DNA of 64,000 bases from Burkholderiaceae bacterium (GTDB lineage Bacteria > Pseudomonadota > Gammaproteobacteria > Burkholderiales > Burkholderiaceae_C), in the NCBI GenBank assembly GCA_024710165.1, contig JANJVG010000124.1, forward strand, positions 37,138 through 101,137, written 5' to 3'. A program made the translations under genes and the position numbers. The notes below the pieces were generated by a model. It searched no databases, was not told where the DNA came from, and saw nothing but the letters and a program-made list of their open reading frames with translations. Shown piece after piece: positions 45,611 to 57,745 of the stretch (the first letter of the stretch is position 1; each line of letters starts with the position of its first letter).

Positions 45611-46669
45611 TTAAATTTCTGTTGCCAGGGCCAGCACCTGCCCGGCCAGGGCTTCGATGCCTGCAGGTGTCAACGTATCGGCCTGCACCACCTGGCGCTG
45701 CGCCCACTGGTGCAGGTGCGTGCTTTGGGAGCGGGCGTACAGCGGGTCGTAGTGCAGCGCCATGAGTTCGGCGAACAGCGGTTCCAGCGCGCCCTCGGCG
45801 GCCCAGCCTTGCCAGCGCTCGATCACCTGCCTGCCATGCAGTTCGCGCAGCGTGCCCAGCTGCCGGGCCAGCGCGGCCGGGTCGTCGCCCAGGTTGGCGT
45901 AGTCGCGCAGCAAAAACGCCAGGCGCGTGGCGGGGCTGGCCTGGATCTCGATGCAGGGGCTGGCGCGCAGGCGCTGCACCAGCGGTTGGGGCACCGCAAT
46001 GCGGCCAATGCGGCTGCTCTCGGCCTCCACATAAATCGGGCGTTGCAGGTCCAGCGGCTCCAGCGCTTGCGCCAGCAGAGTCTCGAACGCCGTTTGCGAG
46101 GGCTGCTCCACGCCGGGCCAGGCGCCCAGCACCGATCCGCGGTGGCGCGCACAGGCTTCCAGGTCCAGCACCTGCGCGCCGCGCGCGGCCAGGGCCTGCA
46201 GCACGCGCGTTTTGGCGCTGCCCGTGGGGCCGCACAGCACGCGCAGCGGCAGTTGTGGGCCCAGGGCCTCAATGCGGTCGATCACATGCCGGCGCCAGCT
46301 TTTGTAGCCCCCGGCCAGTTGCTGCGCGTCCCAGCCCACCAGGCGCAGCCAGGTCACCATGGAGCCGCTGCGCATGCCGCCGCGCCAGCAGTAGACCAGC
46401 GGCTTCCAGGTGGCAGGCTTGTCCGCAAACTGTTCGCGCAGATGCCGCGCCAGGTTGGCCGCCACCATGGCGCCGCCCACGCGCCGCGCCTCGAAAGCGC
46501 CCTGCTGTTTGTAGAGCGTGCCGACGATGCGGCGCTCCTCGTCGTCGAGCACGGGGCAGTTGATGGCGCCGGGCAGGTGGTCGAGCGCGAACTCGGCGGG
46601 CGAGCGTGCGTCGATCAGGGCGTCGAAGGCATGTCGGTCGTGCACGCGCACGGGGCCGCGGTGGCTCAT
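45611..46669 (-). CDS. mnmH: tRNA 2-selenouridine synthase
   Basis: Rhodanese IDARSPAEF..YCWRGGMRS; P-loop GPTGSAKT; EAESSRIG; divergent from selD. Confidence 0.95.
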   Translation of the reverse strand: MSHRGPVRVHDRHAFDALIDARSPAEFALDHLPGAINCPVLDDEERRIVGTLYKQQGAFEARRVGGAMVAANLARHLREQFADKPATWKPLVYCWRGGMRSGSMVTWLRLVGWDAQQLAGGYKSWRRHVIDRIEALGPQLPLRVLCGPTGSAKTRVLQALAARGAQVLDLEACARHRGSVLGAWPGVEQPSQTAFETLLAQALEPLDLQRPIYVEAESSRIGRIAVPQPLVQRLRASPCIEIQASPATRLAFLLRDYANLGDDPAALARQLGTLRELHGRQVIERWQGWAAEGALEPLFAELMALHYDPLYARSQSTHLHQWAQRQVVQADTLTPAGIEALAGQVLALATEI

Positions 46670-46719
46670 GGAGGGGCTCCAGTGGGGAGAGCGGGGAGGG
46701 TGGGCGTGGGGCTGGCACA

Positions 46720-47808
46720 ATGACCACCACCATGACCGATGCCTCTCCCGTGATTGCTGAAAACATCAAGCTTACCCAGTTCGCGCACGGCGGAGGGTGT
46801 GGCTGCAAGATTGCACCCGGCTTGCTGCGCGAGATTCTGGCACGCGCGCCGCAGGGCCTGGTGCCGCCCGAGCTGCTGGTGGGCACCGAGACCAGCGACG
46901 ACGCCGCCGTCTACCGCCTGAACGACCAGCAGGCGCTGGTGGCTACCACCGACTTCTTCACGCCCATCGTGGACGACCCGTACGACTTCGGCCGCATCGC
47001 CGCTACCAACGCGCTGTCCGACATCTACGCCATGGGCGGCACGCCCATCATGGCGCTGGCCATCGTCGGCATGCCCATCGCCAAGTTGCCGCCCGAGGTG
47101 ATCGGACGGGTACTGGAAGGCGGCGCTGCTGTCTGCCGCGCGGCCGGCATCCCCATCGCGGGCGGGCACAGCATTGACGTGCTCGAACCCATCTACGGTC
47201 TGGTGGGCCTGGGCCTGGTGCACCCGGAGCAGGTGCGCCGCAATGCCGACGCACGGGCGGGCGATGTGCTGGTGCTGGGCAAGCCGCTGGGCGTGGGGGT
47301 GCTGTCCGCCGCGCTCAAGAAGGGCCAGCTCGACGCTGCAGGCTATGTCGAGATGCTGCGCCACACCACCCAGCTCAACCGTGTGGGCATGGCACTGGCG
47401 CAGATCGACGGCGTGCATGCCATGACCGACGTGACGGGCTTTGGCCTGGCGGGCCATCTGCTGGAGATCTGCCGGGGCTCGCAGCTCTCGGCGCAGGTGG
47501 ATCTGGAGCGACTGCCGCTCATTCCAAGTGCTGTGCAGTGGGCCCGGGAGGGCGTGTCCACGGGCGCCTCGGGCCGCAACTGGGCGGCCTACGGCACTGA
47601 CGTGGATTGGCCCGAAACGGCACCCGATTGGCAACGCACCCTGCTGACCGATCCGCAGACCAGCGGCGGGCTGCTGGTCAGCTGTGCACCGGAGGTGGCG
47701 GATGCTGTGGTGCGGGCCTTTCATGGCGACGGCTTTGCCCAGGCCGCCATCGTGGGCCGCATGGAGCAGAGCAACCCACGGCAGGGCCACCGGCTGCGGT
47801 GCGCGTGA
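46720..47808 (+). CDS. selD: Selenide, water dikinase
   Basis: HGGGCGCK, DDAAVY, TTDFFTP, GGHSI, DVTGFGL, DPQTSGGLL. Confidence 0.97.
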   Translation: MTTTMTDASPVIAENIKLTQFAHGGGCGCKIAPGLLREILARAPQGLVPPELLVGTETSDDAAVYRLNDQQALVATTDFFTPIVDDPYDFGRIAATNALSDIYAMGGTPIMALAIVGMPIAKLPPEVIGRVLEGGAAVCRAAGIPIAGGHSIDVLEPIYGLVGLGLVHPEQVRRNADARAGDVLVLGKPLGVGVLSAALKKGQLDAAGYVEMLRHTTQLNRVGMALAQIDGVHAMTDVTGFGLAGHLLEICRGSQLSAQVDLERLPLIPSAVQWAREGVSTGASGRNWAAYGTDVDWPETAPDWQRTLLTDPQTSGGLLVSCAPEVADAVVRAFHGDGFAQAAIVGRMEQSNPRQGHRLRCA

Positions 47809-47815
47809 GTGGGGC

Positions 47816-48445
47816 TTATTGCGCAGGCGCCGGAACGTCCATCATGCGCGCCACATAGCGCGCGATCAGGTCCACTTCCAGATTCACCTTCGAGCCCACG
47901 CGCAGGTGGCCCAGCGCCGTGTTCTGCACGGTGTGCGGGATCAGGTTGATGCTGGCCTCGCAGCCGCCGGGCAGGTCGGCGATGCGATTGACCGTGAGGC
48001 TCACACCATTGATGGTGATCGAACCCTTGTAAGCCAGGTAGCGCGCCAGCTCGTGCGGTGCCAGCACGCGCAGCTCCCAGCTTTCGCCCACCTGGGCGAA
48101 ATGCGTGACCTCTCCGATGCCGTCGACATGGCCCGAGACCATGTGCCCGCCCAGCCGGTCGTTGGCACGCAGGGCCTTTTCCAGATTGATGGGGCCGGGG
48201 GCGCCCAGCCCGGTGGTCTTGAGCAGCGACTCGACAGAAATGTCGATTGTGAATTGCGGCGCGGCTGGGTCCATGCTGGTGACCGTCATGCAGGCGCCAT
48301 TGAGCGCAATGCTGTCGCCCAGGCCCACATCGTCGAGGTAGCCCGCCGGGGGCGTGATGACCAGCCGCTTGCCGTGCGCGGCAGTGTCGCCAAGAGCTTG
48401 CACGGCGGCGATCTGCCCCATGCCGGTGATGATTCCTGTAAACAT
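47816..48445 (-). CDS. ribE: Riboflavin synthase (alpha chain)
   Basis: MFTGII, GDSIALNGACMT, GGHMVSGHVD, KGSITINGVSLT. Confidence 0.95.
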   Translation of the reverse strand: MFTGIITGMGQIAAVQALGDTAAHGKRLVITPPAGYLDDVGLGDSIALNGACMTVTSMDPAAPQFTIDISVESLLKTTGLGAPGPINLEKALRANDRLGGHMVSGHVDGIGEVTHFAQVGESWELRVLAPHELARYLAYKGSITINGVSLTVNRIADLPGGCEASINLIPHTVQNTALGHLRVGSKVNLEVDLIARYVARMMDVPAPAQ

Positions 48446-48475
48446 GGCGTGGATTGTGGCAGGGTTTGGGGTCGC

Positions 48476-49612
48476 TCAAAACTGGTCGCGGCCTTGTACC
48501 CGGGCCAGCACGCGCAGGTCGGGGCCGATGCGCTCCACACTGTGGAAATCAAGTGCCAGCCCCTGTGCCAACCTATCGAGCGGCCCCATTTCGGCCATGC
48601 CGCGCCCGGGGCCAAGCAGCTTCGGGGCCAGATAGAGCAGCAACTCGTCCACCAGCCTCTCGCGTACTAGCGCGCCATTGAGCCGGTGGCCGGCCTCCAC
48701 ATGCAATTCGTTCACGCCGCGCGCAGCCAGGTCGCGCAGCATGGCGGGCAGATCGACCTTGCCTTCAGCGCCTGGCAGGTGCACCACCGTGGCACCGCGT
48801 GCCTCCAACGCTGCCTTGCGGGCAGAAAATTCAGCATCAAAAGTGCCTGCAGCGTAGATGGTGCAAGCGCGTCCAGCTATGAAAAGTGAAGCGTCTGGCG
48901 GTGTCCGTAAACGGCTGTCCACCACCACCAGCTGTGGCTGGCGCGGTGTGGCCACCTCGCGCACGTTAAGCACAGGGTCGTCCTGCAGCACCGTGCCTAT
49001 GCCTGTGAGCACCGCACAGGCCCGCGCGCGCCAGGCATGGCCGTCGGCGCGTGCGGCCGGGGAGGTAATCCACTGGCTGGCGCCGTTGTGCAGCGCCGTG
49101 GTGCCGTCCAGCGAAGCGGCCACTTTCAGCCGCACCCAAGGCGTGCCGCGCACCATGCGGCTGAAAAAGCCGATGTTCAGTTCGCGCGCCGCCGCAGCGC
49201 CCGGCCCCACATCCACCTCCACGCCCGCAGCGCGCAACCGCTCAAAGCCCTGGCCCGCCACCAGCGGGTTCGGGTCTTCCAGGGAGGCCACCACCTTGCC
49301 GATGCCTGCCGCAATCAACGCGTCGCAGCACGGCCCCGTGCGCCCCTGGTGCGCACAGGGCTCCAGCGTGACATACGCGGTTGCGCCGCGCACATCGTGC
49401 CCAGCCGCCTGCGCCGCGCGCAGCGCCATTACCTCGGCATGCGGGCCGCCCGCCTGCTGGGTGAAGCCTTCGCCGAGCAGTCGGCCATCGGGCGCGGTGA
49501 TCACGCAGCCCACGCGTGGGTTGGGGCTGGTGTGATTGATACTGCACCTGGCCAGGGTCAGTGCAGTAGCCATCATCGAATCAGAAGTGTCGGAAGGGTG
49601 CGGGTAGGACAT
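48476..49612 (-). CDS. ribD: Riboflavin biosynthesis deaminase/reductase
   Basis: PNPRVGCV, HAE, TLEPC.H.GRTGPC, SLDG, VEAG. Confidence 0.96.
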   Translation of the reverse strand: MSYPHPSDTSDSMMATALTLARCSINHTSPNPRVGCVITAPDGRLLGEGFTQQAGGPHAEVMALRAAQAAGHDVRGATAYVTLEPCAHQGRTGPCCDALIAAGIGKVVASLEDPNPLVAGQGFERLRAAGVEVDVGPGAAAARELNIGFFSRMVRGTPWVRLKVAASLDGTTALHNGASQWITSPAARADGHAWRARACAVLTGIGTVLQDDPVLNVREVATPRQPQLVVVDSRLRTPPDASLFIAGRACTIYAAGTFDAEFSARKAALEARGATVVHLPGAEGKVDLPAMLRDLAARGVNELHVEAGHRLNGALVRERLVDELLLYLAPKLLGPGRGMAEMGPLDRLAQGLALDFHSVERIGPDLRVLARVQGRDQF

Positions 49613-49730
49613 GGGAAAACAGGGCGAAGGAGGGTGAAGCGAGCCGTCAACTGGCCAGGCGGCAGTCTATGGCAGACCAACGGTGCGGCGCATGATTGGC
49701 ATTTGGCGGCCGGCTCCTTACCATCGCGGT

Positions 49731-50411
49731 ATGAAGCTCAGATACCTATCTGCCAAGTTCGACAGGCTCCCTGGATTGCGCGAAAGGCTTTGGCCGCAGC
49801 AGCAGGGTTTTTCGCTGATCGAGGTATTGATTTCGATTGTTGTCTTGTCTTTCGGGTTGCTGGGGGCAGTGGGCCTGCAATCGTTTGCCCTCAAATCCAA
49901 CCGCGAAGGGCGGCTGCAGTCTGTGGCCACTACCTTGGCGCGCGAGTATGCCGAGATGATGCGCGGCAACAAGCAGGTCGGGCTCAGCACCAGCAAAACC
50001 GACAACCCCTACCTGCTGGACGACAAGACCATCAAGGCTGCCACTGACATCCCGACCGCATGGGCTTTTTGCTTGAACACGGGTTGCCAGTCGGCTACCG
50101 ACACCTTGCCCCAGGCTCAGAAAAAGGTGGCCGAATCCGAAGTGATCGAGTGGCTGGCACGGGTGCAGAGCGAGTTGCCCGGCGCCTGGGTCAAGGTGTG
50201 TTTCGACGATGCCCCGTTTGATAGCGAGGGTTTGCCACAGTGGGCTTGCACGCCGCCGGCGTCCGGAGCCACGGAAAACAGCATTATCGTCATCAAGATG
50301 GGCTGGACCCAGAGCGCCATCGACCGAGCCCAGACGGGTGATGCCGCCTTGATCAAGGCCGATACCCGACCCACGCTTGTGTTCCCGGTGACCAGCGGCA
50401 ACAACACCTGA
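49731..50411 (+). CDS. pilV: Type IV pilus modification protein
   Basis: Prepilin QQGFSLIEVLI; first gene of the minor-pilin cluster. Confidence 0.9.
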   Translation: MKLRYLSAKFDRLPGLRERLWPQQQGFSLIEVLISIVVLSFGLLGAVGLQSFALKSNREGRLQSVATTLAREYAEMMRGNKQVGLSTSKTDNPYLLDDKTIKAATDIPTAWAFCLNTGCQSATDTLPQAQKKVAESEVIEWLARVQSELPGAWVKVCFDDAPFDSEGLPQWACTPPASGATENSIIVIKMGWTQSAIDRAQTGDAALIKADTRPTLVFPVTSGNNT

Positions 50412-50419
50412 GCCAGACC

Positions 50420-51514
50420 ATGACGATTTGCCAGCACCCTGCACCCTTTTGCCGCCAGAAGCCGGCTTTGCCCCAACCGATCGCACCTGCGCGGCAGCAA
50501 GGGTTGACCTTGGTCGAACTGATGGTGGCGATGGCCATCAGCCTGCTGATCACCCTGGCAGCGGTTGCTGCACTCATCGTGTCACGCCAGGGGTTCTCTG
50601 CACTCGATGCCAGTTCGGAACTGCGCGACAACGGGCGTTTTGCTGCCGATTTGCTGCAACGCCTGGGGGGGCAGACGGGTTATTTGAGTGCCGAATATGT
50701 AATAGAAGAAGCACGCTTGTTTGGCCAACCTGTCAAGGTCTCTGGTGAGGATCCTGAGCCCAGTGTGATGGGTGTGAATAATGCAAAGAGGATTGCAGGC
50801 ACGGACTTTGACTGGGGAAAATCTGCAACTTCAGATTTTGGATCCAGTGATCTTTTGGTCTTTCGTTTTTTGCCGTCCGTAGAGTTTTTGGACGGTTCTG
50901 GTAATCCGCAATCCGGAATGATCAACTGTGCAGGCGAATTCATTGACTACATTCCCACCGATAAAAATGACCGGGCGATCAGCGTCTTGTATGTTGCCAA
51001 AGGCACCAACGACCCTGAACCTGCCCTGTATTGCGCGAGGGGTCGGGCAGATTCCGTGGCTGCGGGCCAACCATTAATCCACGGTGTTGAAAATTTCCAG
51101 GTGTTGTATGGTGTTGACCGCGTCACACCCAACGCCGCGCCGACGGTAGTTCCTGTCACGCCTGAACTGCCTTCGGTAGACGCAAAGGATGACGCCGTAC
51201 CAGACCGCTATTTGCGCGCAGACCAAATGACCGTGTCTGGTGATCCCGTGGGCACCTATGCCAACTGGCGCAGGGTGCGCAGCATCCGCATCGGCATGGT
51301 GCTGCGCGGCCCGGTGGGATCGACGCCAGACCGTAGCGCCCAAACCTTCTACCCCTTTGGTAAAGCCAAGGCCTCCAGCACTGGCACGGAGGGGAGTGCC
51401 TTCGCCAGTGCCAACGACCCCGGCACCATTTTCAGCCCCACCCCCGATGGCAGGTTGCGTCAGGTCGTCACTTTCACGATCCACTTGCGTAACGACCAGA
51501 AGCACGGACTTTGA
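50420..51514 (+). CDS. pilW: Type IV minor pilin
   Basis: QQGLTLVELMVAMAI; GVENFQVLYGVD. Confidence 0.9.
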   Translation: MTICQHPAPFCRQKPALPQPIAPARQQGLTLVELMVAMAISLLITLAAVAALIVSRQGFSALDASSELRDNGRFAADLLQRLGGQTGYLSAEYVIEEARLFGQPVKVSGEDPEPSVMGVNNAKRIAGTDFDWGKSATSDFGSSDLLVFRFLPSVEFLDGSGNPQSGMINCAGEFIDYIPTDKNDRAISVLYVAKGTNDPEPALYCARGRADSVAAGQPLIHGVENFQVLYGVDRVTPNAAPTVVPVTPELPSVDAKDDAVPDRYLRADQMTVSGDPVGTYANWRRVRSIRIGMVLRGPVGSTPDRSAQTFYPFGKAKASSTGTEGSAFASANDPGTIFSPTPDGRLRQVVTFTIHLRNDQKHGL

Positions 51515-52155
51515 GCATGCACCAGCCCATCAAATCTTTCAGCTTGCAAGGCGTCTATCGCCCCGCCAGGGATGCGCAGCATGGTGTGTCCCTCATCATG
51601 GTCATGCTCATCATGGTGGTGGTATCCATGCTGGGCATTGGCGGCGTACAGATTGCCATGATGGCCGAAAGGGGGGCGCGCAACGACCGGGATATGCAAG
51701 TGGCTTTTCAGGCGGCTGAGGCGGCACTTCTGGATGCGGAATTCGACATCAACAACAAAAACGCCTCCAGCAAGCGTACGGTCAACCCGTTTGACAAAAA
51801 TAGCCCAGCGAACCTGTTTCTCGCTGATTGTGCTGGCACCGGAGATTCCTTGGGTTTATGTACAGAAAATATTGGTAACACCTCACCTGCTTGGTTGAAG
51901 GTGGACTTCACGGACACAAGTACTGCTGCCAAGACGGTCGAATTTGGAAAATTTACTGGTAGAGCATTTCCCGTGGGTGCTGCAGGAATTCAGCCTTACC
52001 AGAAGCCACGGTATGTTATCGAGCGGCTTGAGAGGTCGTTTGGGGCAGATGGCAGCGGAGTACAGAATACCGTCATTTTTTTTAGAATCACTGCCATGGG
52101 TTTTGGCCCGCGACAAGACCTCCAAGTGGTTTTGCAGTCGATTTACCGTAATTGA
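51511..52155 (+). CDS. pilX: Type IV minor pilin
   Basis: QHGVSLIMVM (no E5), AFQAAEAAL, PRYVIE, FRITAMG. Confidence 0.9.
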   Translation: MSMHQPIKSFSLQGVYRPARDAQHGVSLIMVMLIMVVVSMLGIGGVQIAMMAERGARNDRDMQVAFQAAEAALLDAEFDINNKNASSKRTVNPFDKNSPANLFLADCAGTGDSLGLCTENIGNTSPAWLKVDFTDTSTAAKTVEFGKFTGRAFPVGAAGIQPYQKPRYVIERLERSFGADGSGVQNTVIFFRITAMGFGPRQDLQVVLQSIYRN

Positions 52156-52169
52156 AAATGGTGAAATAA

Positions 52170-55100
52170 ATGAGCAATCAACAAGCAAGCACCACAGGCG
52201 TAGTCCTTCAAGGTTTCGGTAAACGAGGCCAGTGGTTCCATCGTCTGCGGCCACAGGGGGTGCGTGGCTGGACGGCCGGTGCCGGCCTGGTCGCCATGGC
52301 CCTGGCGTCGTTCGTGGTGGTGGGGCAGTCGAGCCCGCCCACCATTCCCGCCCTCGCCCTGGCTACAGAGCCCCTGTTTGGCGCCAGTACGAACGAAAAG
52401 CCGGCCATGGCTCTGGCCTTGTCGGTGGAGTTCCCCACCGTGGGGGCGCAGTACCGCGATACATATGCAGCCACCACTGAATACCTTGGCTACTACGATG
52501 CCGAGGCCTGCTACACCTATAACAACACCCCCACGGAAACACCACGCACCGGGTTGACGCTTCAGGACTACAAGCGTTTCGACCGCACCGGCGCTGCTGT
52601 GGCCCGCAAGTGCACCGGCGAACAATTCAGCGGTAACTTTCTGAACTGGGCATCCGGTTCTGCCATGGACATGATGCGCGTGGCTTTGTCTGGCGGAGAC
52701 CGTTACATCGACGAAGTGGGCCTGACCATTTTGCAAAGGGCCATTCTTCCAGCGGGTGACCCGTCGTGCTTCTGGAACAGCAGCGCCTATTTTCCGGCCA
52801 AGCAATTGGCCAGCAGCGACAGCTACGCCGGGGCAGTGCCGGCATCCATGCGCACCGCGGCGAGTGGTCAAACCATTTGGGTAGCCAATAAGCTCAATGG
52901 CATTTATTTTCGGGCAGGCTCAAGCTCTGCGGGGAGTTGCACAGACTCTTCCGGGTACACCCTGGGTTCGTCATCGACAGCCTCCGTCATTGGGGATCGT
53001 ACCAATTACCTGAGCAATAGAACGACCAATCCTGCTGGCAGCGAATGGACGCTTTGTGATGATGACGTGTGCACCTTCTCGGGTGTACAGGATGTGCTGT
53101 ATGTCGAGCGCACAGGGCGGTCAGGCAGTCGAAGATATACCTCGACAACGGGCCCTGTAGCCAATGGCGTTACCTGTAACCAAGCCAATCTCAGTGGGGG
53201 CAACAGTTTTCCGGATGGGACCATTTTTTGTTACACGAAGCCGTACACCGGAAGCTGGACGCCTCCATCAACCGGTCTGAACACCGATGGCTTCTTCTTT
53301 TCCCGGGTCCAGGTATGCAACTCCTCCGGAGGAGCACTACAGGATGTGCGGGACTACGGATTGTGCAGAAAATACCCTAACGGTGATTTCAAGCCTACCG
53401 GCGCCATCCAGAAATACAGCGATCAGTTACGGCTGGCCGCCTTTGGTTATTTGATGGACCAGACCGATCCCAAATCCACCGGCAGCACGGCCAGCTTTGG
53501 TGGCGTTTTGCGGGCGCCTATGAAGTACGTTGGTAACAAGTTGTTCGATATCAACGGCCAGTTCATTGGTAGCAACCCAAAGGCAGAGTGGAATGACAAC
53601 ACCGGGCAGTTCATTGAAAACCCCGAAGGCAACACCACCGTTAGCACCTCCACCAATGCAAGTTCCACGGGCTACAGCAGTGGTGTCATCAACTATTTGA
53701 ATAAGTTTGGTCGAACGGGACCGAACTTTGGCCGATACAAGCAATACGACCCTGTGGGTGAACTGCATTACGAAACGGTGCGCTATCTGCAAGGGTTGGC
53801 GCCAACCGCATCTGCCATCTCAAAAATTGACAGTGCAGGAGAGGACTCCACCTTTGCCTTGCGCGATGGCTTTCCTGCTTACACCTCCTGGACCGACCCC
53901 TATGGAGATGGGCGCAGCAGCACGGCCGATTACTCTTGTGTGAAAAGCAACATTGTGGTGGTGGGTGACATCTACACCCACGACGGCAACCGGTTTCCTT
54001 CGGCGAATGCTGCAAATAATGTTTTCAGCGCTACCGAATGGCGTGATGTGGTCGTCAATTTTGAGAAGAACATCTCTTCGACCTATGTGGATGGCCAAGG
54101 TGTGAGCCGTACTACCGGCAACCCGAATGGGGCCAACGCATCGGTTCCAAACTCCAATGATCGCAGCAAGTTGATGGGCTCGGCCTATTGGGCCCATACC
54201 CATGACATTCGCGGGACGTCCTGGACGGCTGCCACCGACAAGCAGAGAAAAGGCCTGCGTGTCAAAACCTTCTTGTTTGACGTCAACGAAAACGGTGGCT
54301 CAACGACGTATGCCAACCGCAGTACCAACAACCAGTTTTTCATGGCGTCCAAGTACGGTGGTTTTCAAAATGATCCTTCCAACCTGGGAGGGAGCCCCTA
54401 TAACACTTACGGTAACCCCTTTGTCAACGAAAAGACCAACACCAACAGCAATAAGGTGTGGCAAGACGTTGACACGCCAGCCCGCGCCGCCGAAGCATCT
54501 ACGTACTATCTGCAAAGCTCGGCCCGTGATGTTTTGAAGGCTTTTGATGACATTTTCAATCGCGCATCCACCAAGGCCAAGAGCATTGCCAAAAGCGGTG
54601 CAAACAGCACGAGCATCAAGGTGGGTACTGCCACGGTAGCATACGGAGGAAGCTTCGACACCGGTGATTGGAGCGGCGATGTGGAAGCCACCGAATATGC
54701 GCTGGCGGCCGATGACACCTTTTCGTCGATCCTCAAGTGGAGTGCAGCGGCCAGGCTGGCAGCATTGGCAAACCCGGTCACGAGCCGGAACATCGTGATC
54801 GGATCCAGCACTGGGCCCGTTGAATTTTTGCCATCCACCACTTTCAGTTTTGTAACGGCTGACGAGGTGCGCTACCTGCGCGGCGATCGGTCGCTGGAAG
54901 GCTCCGTGAAGAATGGTACCGTGACCTGGCGCAAACGTGGCGCCTTGCTGGGTGATGTTGTCAATTCAGGCGTGGTCTATTCAGGTGCTCCATCTAACCA
55001 GATAACCGATGCCGGATACAGTGGTTTTTACGACGACAACAAAAACCGTACGCCGGTGGTGTTTGCGGGTGCCAACGATGGAATGCTGCACGCCTTTAAC

Positions 55101-56597
55101 GCCAGCACGGGCGATGAAGTGTTTGCCTTTATTCCAAAAACCATGGCACCCAAGTTGTCCTTGTTCACAGAGTCGACCTTCACCACCAGCCACCAGAATT
55201 TTGTAGATGGCAAGATCACGGTGCGAGAGGCCAGCTTGGGGACCACCAAAACCAAGGCAGACTGGAAAACGGTGTTGCTGGGCGCCAATGGTGGCGGCGC
55301 TCGCAGTGTGTTTGCCCTGGATGTCACCGACCCCACGGCGTTTGGCGCCAGCAAGGTACTGTGGGAGTTCACCAGCGCCGACGATGCGGATTTGGGTTTT
55401 GTTATTGGCCAACCGCAAATTCTGAAATTGCGCACCAGCGCAACCGACCCCACCTACAAATGGTTTGCGGTGGTAGCCAGTGGCGTTAACAACTACACCA
55501 ATGATGGAAGCGGAAATTACAGTTCGACCGGTAAACCGGCCTTGTTTCTCTTGTCTCTGGACAAGGCTTCGACGGCCTCGTGGGTGTTGAACAGCAACTA
55601 CTACAAAATTTCGCTCCCCTTCGATGCGACCCTTGCCAGCACCCGCCCCACCGGTTTGGCGAACTTCACACCGATTCTGGGTTCGATGGGTGAGGTTCGT
55701 GAAATTTTCATGGGTGACTACCATGGAAATTTGTGGAATTTGCAGTTCAACACGCGGGGTACTGCTGTGTGGAAAGCGCCTGCTGACTGGACGCTGTATA
55801 ACCTGTCGCCTTTCAAAAAATCAACCGAGGGGTATCCGCTTTACATTGCCAAAGATGGAACCACAGCCGCCAATCGCCAGGTGATTCATGAAGCACCCAT
55901 CGTCTTCAGCGGTCCTGTGGTAGACCAGATGGAAACCTTCTTTATTTTTGCTGGAACGGGCAAATTCAATGAAGTGGCAGACAAGAGCTCGACCAATATC
56001 AGTTCCATTTTTGCGGTGTATGACAATGGTTCCACGGTGGCGGACGACACCACGACACCTGTCGCCATCAAAGGCCGCGCCCGATTGAAGGCGGGGGTGG
56101 TGGATGCCACGGCGAAAACAGTAGCTGTAGATGAATTTGTCTGGGGTCGTCCGACAACCGATATCGATACCAGCAAGCGTGCGGGCTGGTATGCAGATTT
56201 GCCCGCATCGGGTGAACGGGTCGTGGGAGAAATTCAGTTGTTTGGACGAAAAGTCATCTTCAATACCCAGACACCTGCCACGGCTGGGGCTTCTGGTGGT
56301 TGCGGTGCCGGCACCACAACCACTAACACGTATATCGTGGATATTGTGACGGGGGATGGTACTTTTAATTCCAAATTGGGTCCACTGCCACCACCACTCA
56401 TTTTGGAAAACGAATCAGTAACCGCGGTGACTGTCAGTGATCCGACTGGACGCAGCATTCGCACAAAAACTTATATTATTCCTGATCCGAAAGCGGCAGG
56501 AACTAAAAGCGAATTTACCTCAATTGAGTTGACCGGTCGTTTAAGTTGGCGTCAGATCAATAATTACCTGGATTTGAAAAACAAGGCCAATCCATGA
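52170..56597 (+). CDS. pilY1: Type IV pilus tip adhesin PilY1/PilC
   Basis: [33 protein letters not shown]. Confidence 0.92.
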   Translation: MSNQQASTTGVVLQGFGKRGQWFHRLRPQGVRGWTAGAGLVAMALASFVVVGQSSPPTIPALALATEPLFGASTNEKPAMALALSVEFPTVGAQYRDTYAATTEYLGYYDAEACYTYNNTPTETPRTGLTLQDYKRFDRTGAAVARKCTGEQFSGNFLNWASGSAMDMMRVALSGGDRYIDEVGLTILQRAILPAGDPSCFWNSSAYFPAKQLASSDSYAGAVPASMRTAASGQTIWVANKLNGIYFRAGSSSAGSCTDSSGYTLGSSSTASVIGDRTNYLSNRTTNPAGSEWTLCDDDVCTFSGVQDVLYVERTGRSGSRRYTSTTGPVANGVTCNQANLSGGNSFPDGTIFCYTKPYTGSWTPPSTGLNTDGFFFSRVQVCNSSGGALQDVRDYGLCRKYPNGDFKPTGAIQKYSDQLRLAAFGYLMDQTDPKSTGSTASFGGVLRAPMKYVGNKLFDINGQFIGSNPKAEWNDNTGQFIENPEGNTTVSTSTNASSTGYSSGVINYLNKFGRTGPNFGRYKQYDPVGELHYETVRYLQGLAPTASAISKIDSAGEDSTFALRDGFPAYTSWTDPYGDGRSSTADYSCVKSNIVVVGDIYTHDGNRFPSANAANNVFSATEWRDVVVNFEKNISSTYVDGQGVSRTTGNPNGANASVPNSNDRSKLMGSAYWAHTHDIRGTSWTAATDKQRKGLRVKTFLFDVNENGGSTTYANRSTNNQFFMASKYGGFQNDPSNLGGSPYNTYGNPFVNEKTNTNSNKVWQDVDTPARAAEASTYYLQSSARDVLKAFDDIFNRASTKAKSIAKSGANSTSIKVGTATVAYGGSFDTGDWSGDVEATEYALAADDTFSSILKWSAAARLAALANPVTSRNIVIGSSTGPVEFLPSTTFSFVTADEVRYLRGDRSLEGSVKNGTVTWRKRGALLGDVVNSGVVYSGAPSNQITDAGYSGFYDDNKNRTPVVFAGANDGMLHAFNASTGDEVFAFIPKTMAPKLSLFTESTFTTSHQNFVDGKITVREASLGTTKTKADWKTVLLGANGGGARSVFALDVTDPTAFGASKVLWEFTSADDADLGFVIGQPQILKLRTSATDPTYKWFAVVASGVNNYTNDGSGNYSSTGKPALFLLSLDKASTASWVLNSNYYKISLPFDATLASTRPTGLANFTPILGSMGEVREIFMGDYHGNLWNLQFNTRGTAVWKAPADWTLYNLSPFKKSTEGYPLYIAKDGTTAANRQVIHEAPIVFSGPVVDQMETFFIFAGTGKFNEVADKSSTNISSIFAVYDNGSTVADDTTTPVAIKGRARLKAGVVDATAKTVAVDEFVWGRPTTDIDTSKRAGWYADLPASGERVVGEIQLFGRKVIFNTQTPATAGASGGCGAGTTTTNTYIVDIVTGDGTFNSKLGPLPPPLILENESVTAVTVSDPTGRSIRTKTYIIPDPKAAGTKSEFTSIELTGRLSWRQINNYLDLKNKANP

Positions 56598-57097
56598 ATG
56601 AAAAAAAACAAACCGGGTTCACTTTGATTGAGTTGATGATCGTGGTGGCGATTGTCGGTATTCTGGCGGCGGTGGCCTACCCTGCGTACACCGATTCGAT
56701 CCGCAAAGGGCGGCGCGCGCAGGCCCGCACCGCGTTGATGGAATTGATGCAGCAACAGGAGCGCTTCATCACCCAACGCAATTGCTATATCGCTTTCACG
56801 ACCGCATCGACCGGGGTGGCAACCGCCACGGCCAATACCGAGTGCGGATTCACCAGTTCTACTTCGGTGTCTGTCTTCAAAACCTTTTCGGGTGACAGTG
56901 GTGCCGCATCTGCAGCCTATACCCTCAAGGCCAGTGCCTGTGGCACGCAGTCGCTGCGCGATTGCATTGCCCTGGAGGCTACATTGAAAAAACCCGCTGA
57001 CGATCCACAGGTGGAGCACCTGACGCTGACCAGTTCAGGCGCCAAGGGCTGCACGGGAACGGCCAAAACTTCCAATCCCCAACTTTGCTGGCCATGA
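56594..57097 (+). CDS. pilE: Type IV minor pilin
   Basis: [30 protein letters not shown]; ends CWP. Confidence 0.9.
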   Translation: MNEKKQTGFTLIELMIVVAIVGILAAVAYPAYTDSIRKGRRAQARTALMELMQQQERFITQRNCYIAFTTASTGVATATANTECGFTSSTSVSVFKTFSGDSGAASAAYTLKASACGTQSLRDCIALEATLKKPADDPQVEHLTLTSSGAKGCTGTAKTSNPQLCWP

Positions 57098-57678
57098 AGT
57101 TCCTCAAAACCGCTAGCGCCGGCTTCACGCTGATCGAATTGATGGTCACTTTGGCCATCGCTGCCGTGCTGCTCACAATTGCTGCACCCAGCATGACCGC
57201 GTTCAAGCGAAATTCGGAACTGACCTCACTGTCCAACACCTTGCTGTCTGCCGTCAACACTGCCCGAGGCGAGGCCTTGAAGCGAAACAGGGCTGCATAC
57301 GTCACGCCGTCGGACGGGAAGAATTCCTGGGCTGTGGGCTGGATTGTTTTTGTTGACAAAAACAACAACCAAGTCTTCGATGACGAAGCGACCGATCTGC
57401 TGGTTTTTAGGCAAGCTGCGCCTGCCAGTTATTTCAGTATTACAGGGAGTGGTACTGTGACTGAAAATCCGGCTTACATTCGGTTTGATGCGTCAGGTTA
57501 CCCAAAATCAAAAAGCAATATGTCTGGAAACCTGACATTTACAATTACGAGAAATGATTTGTCTTCCAGTGATTTGCTCGAAAACACCCGAAGGCTGAAA
57601 ATTTCCAGCGTAGGCAGGACCAGAATCTGTAAACCCGTTTCTGCTACGGATTCGGCCTGCAGCGCCACAGGCGGTTGA
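57094..57678 (+). CDS. fimT: GspH/FimT-family pseudopilin
   Basis: [28 protein letters not shown]. Confidence 0.85.
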   Translation: MKFLKTASAGFTLIELMVTLAIAAVLLTIAAPSMTAFKRNSELTSLSNTLLSAVNTARGEALKRNRAAYVTPSDGKNSWAVGWIVFVDKNNNQVFDDEATDLLVFRQAAPASYFSITGSGTVTENPAYIRFDASGYPKSKSNMSGNLTFTITRNDLSSSDLLENTRRLKISSVGRTRICKPVSATDSACSATGG

Positions 57679-57745
57679 ATGGTGTCAGGTTTCGAAGGCG
57701 CCTGAGTTGGGCGCCTGCCGGTGTTCGCACCATCCAGTGCTGCAT

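Noticed and set aside
45611-47808. Selenocysteine recoding in selD or mnmH
   Set aside because: SelD has Cys (GCGCK) and no in-frame TGA; this is the ordinary selenouridine pair.
49612-49730. FMN riboswitch upstream of ribD
   Set aside because: Short divergent intergenic region with no RFN consensus visible.
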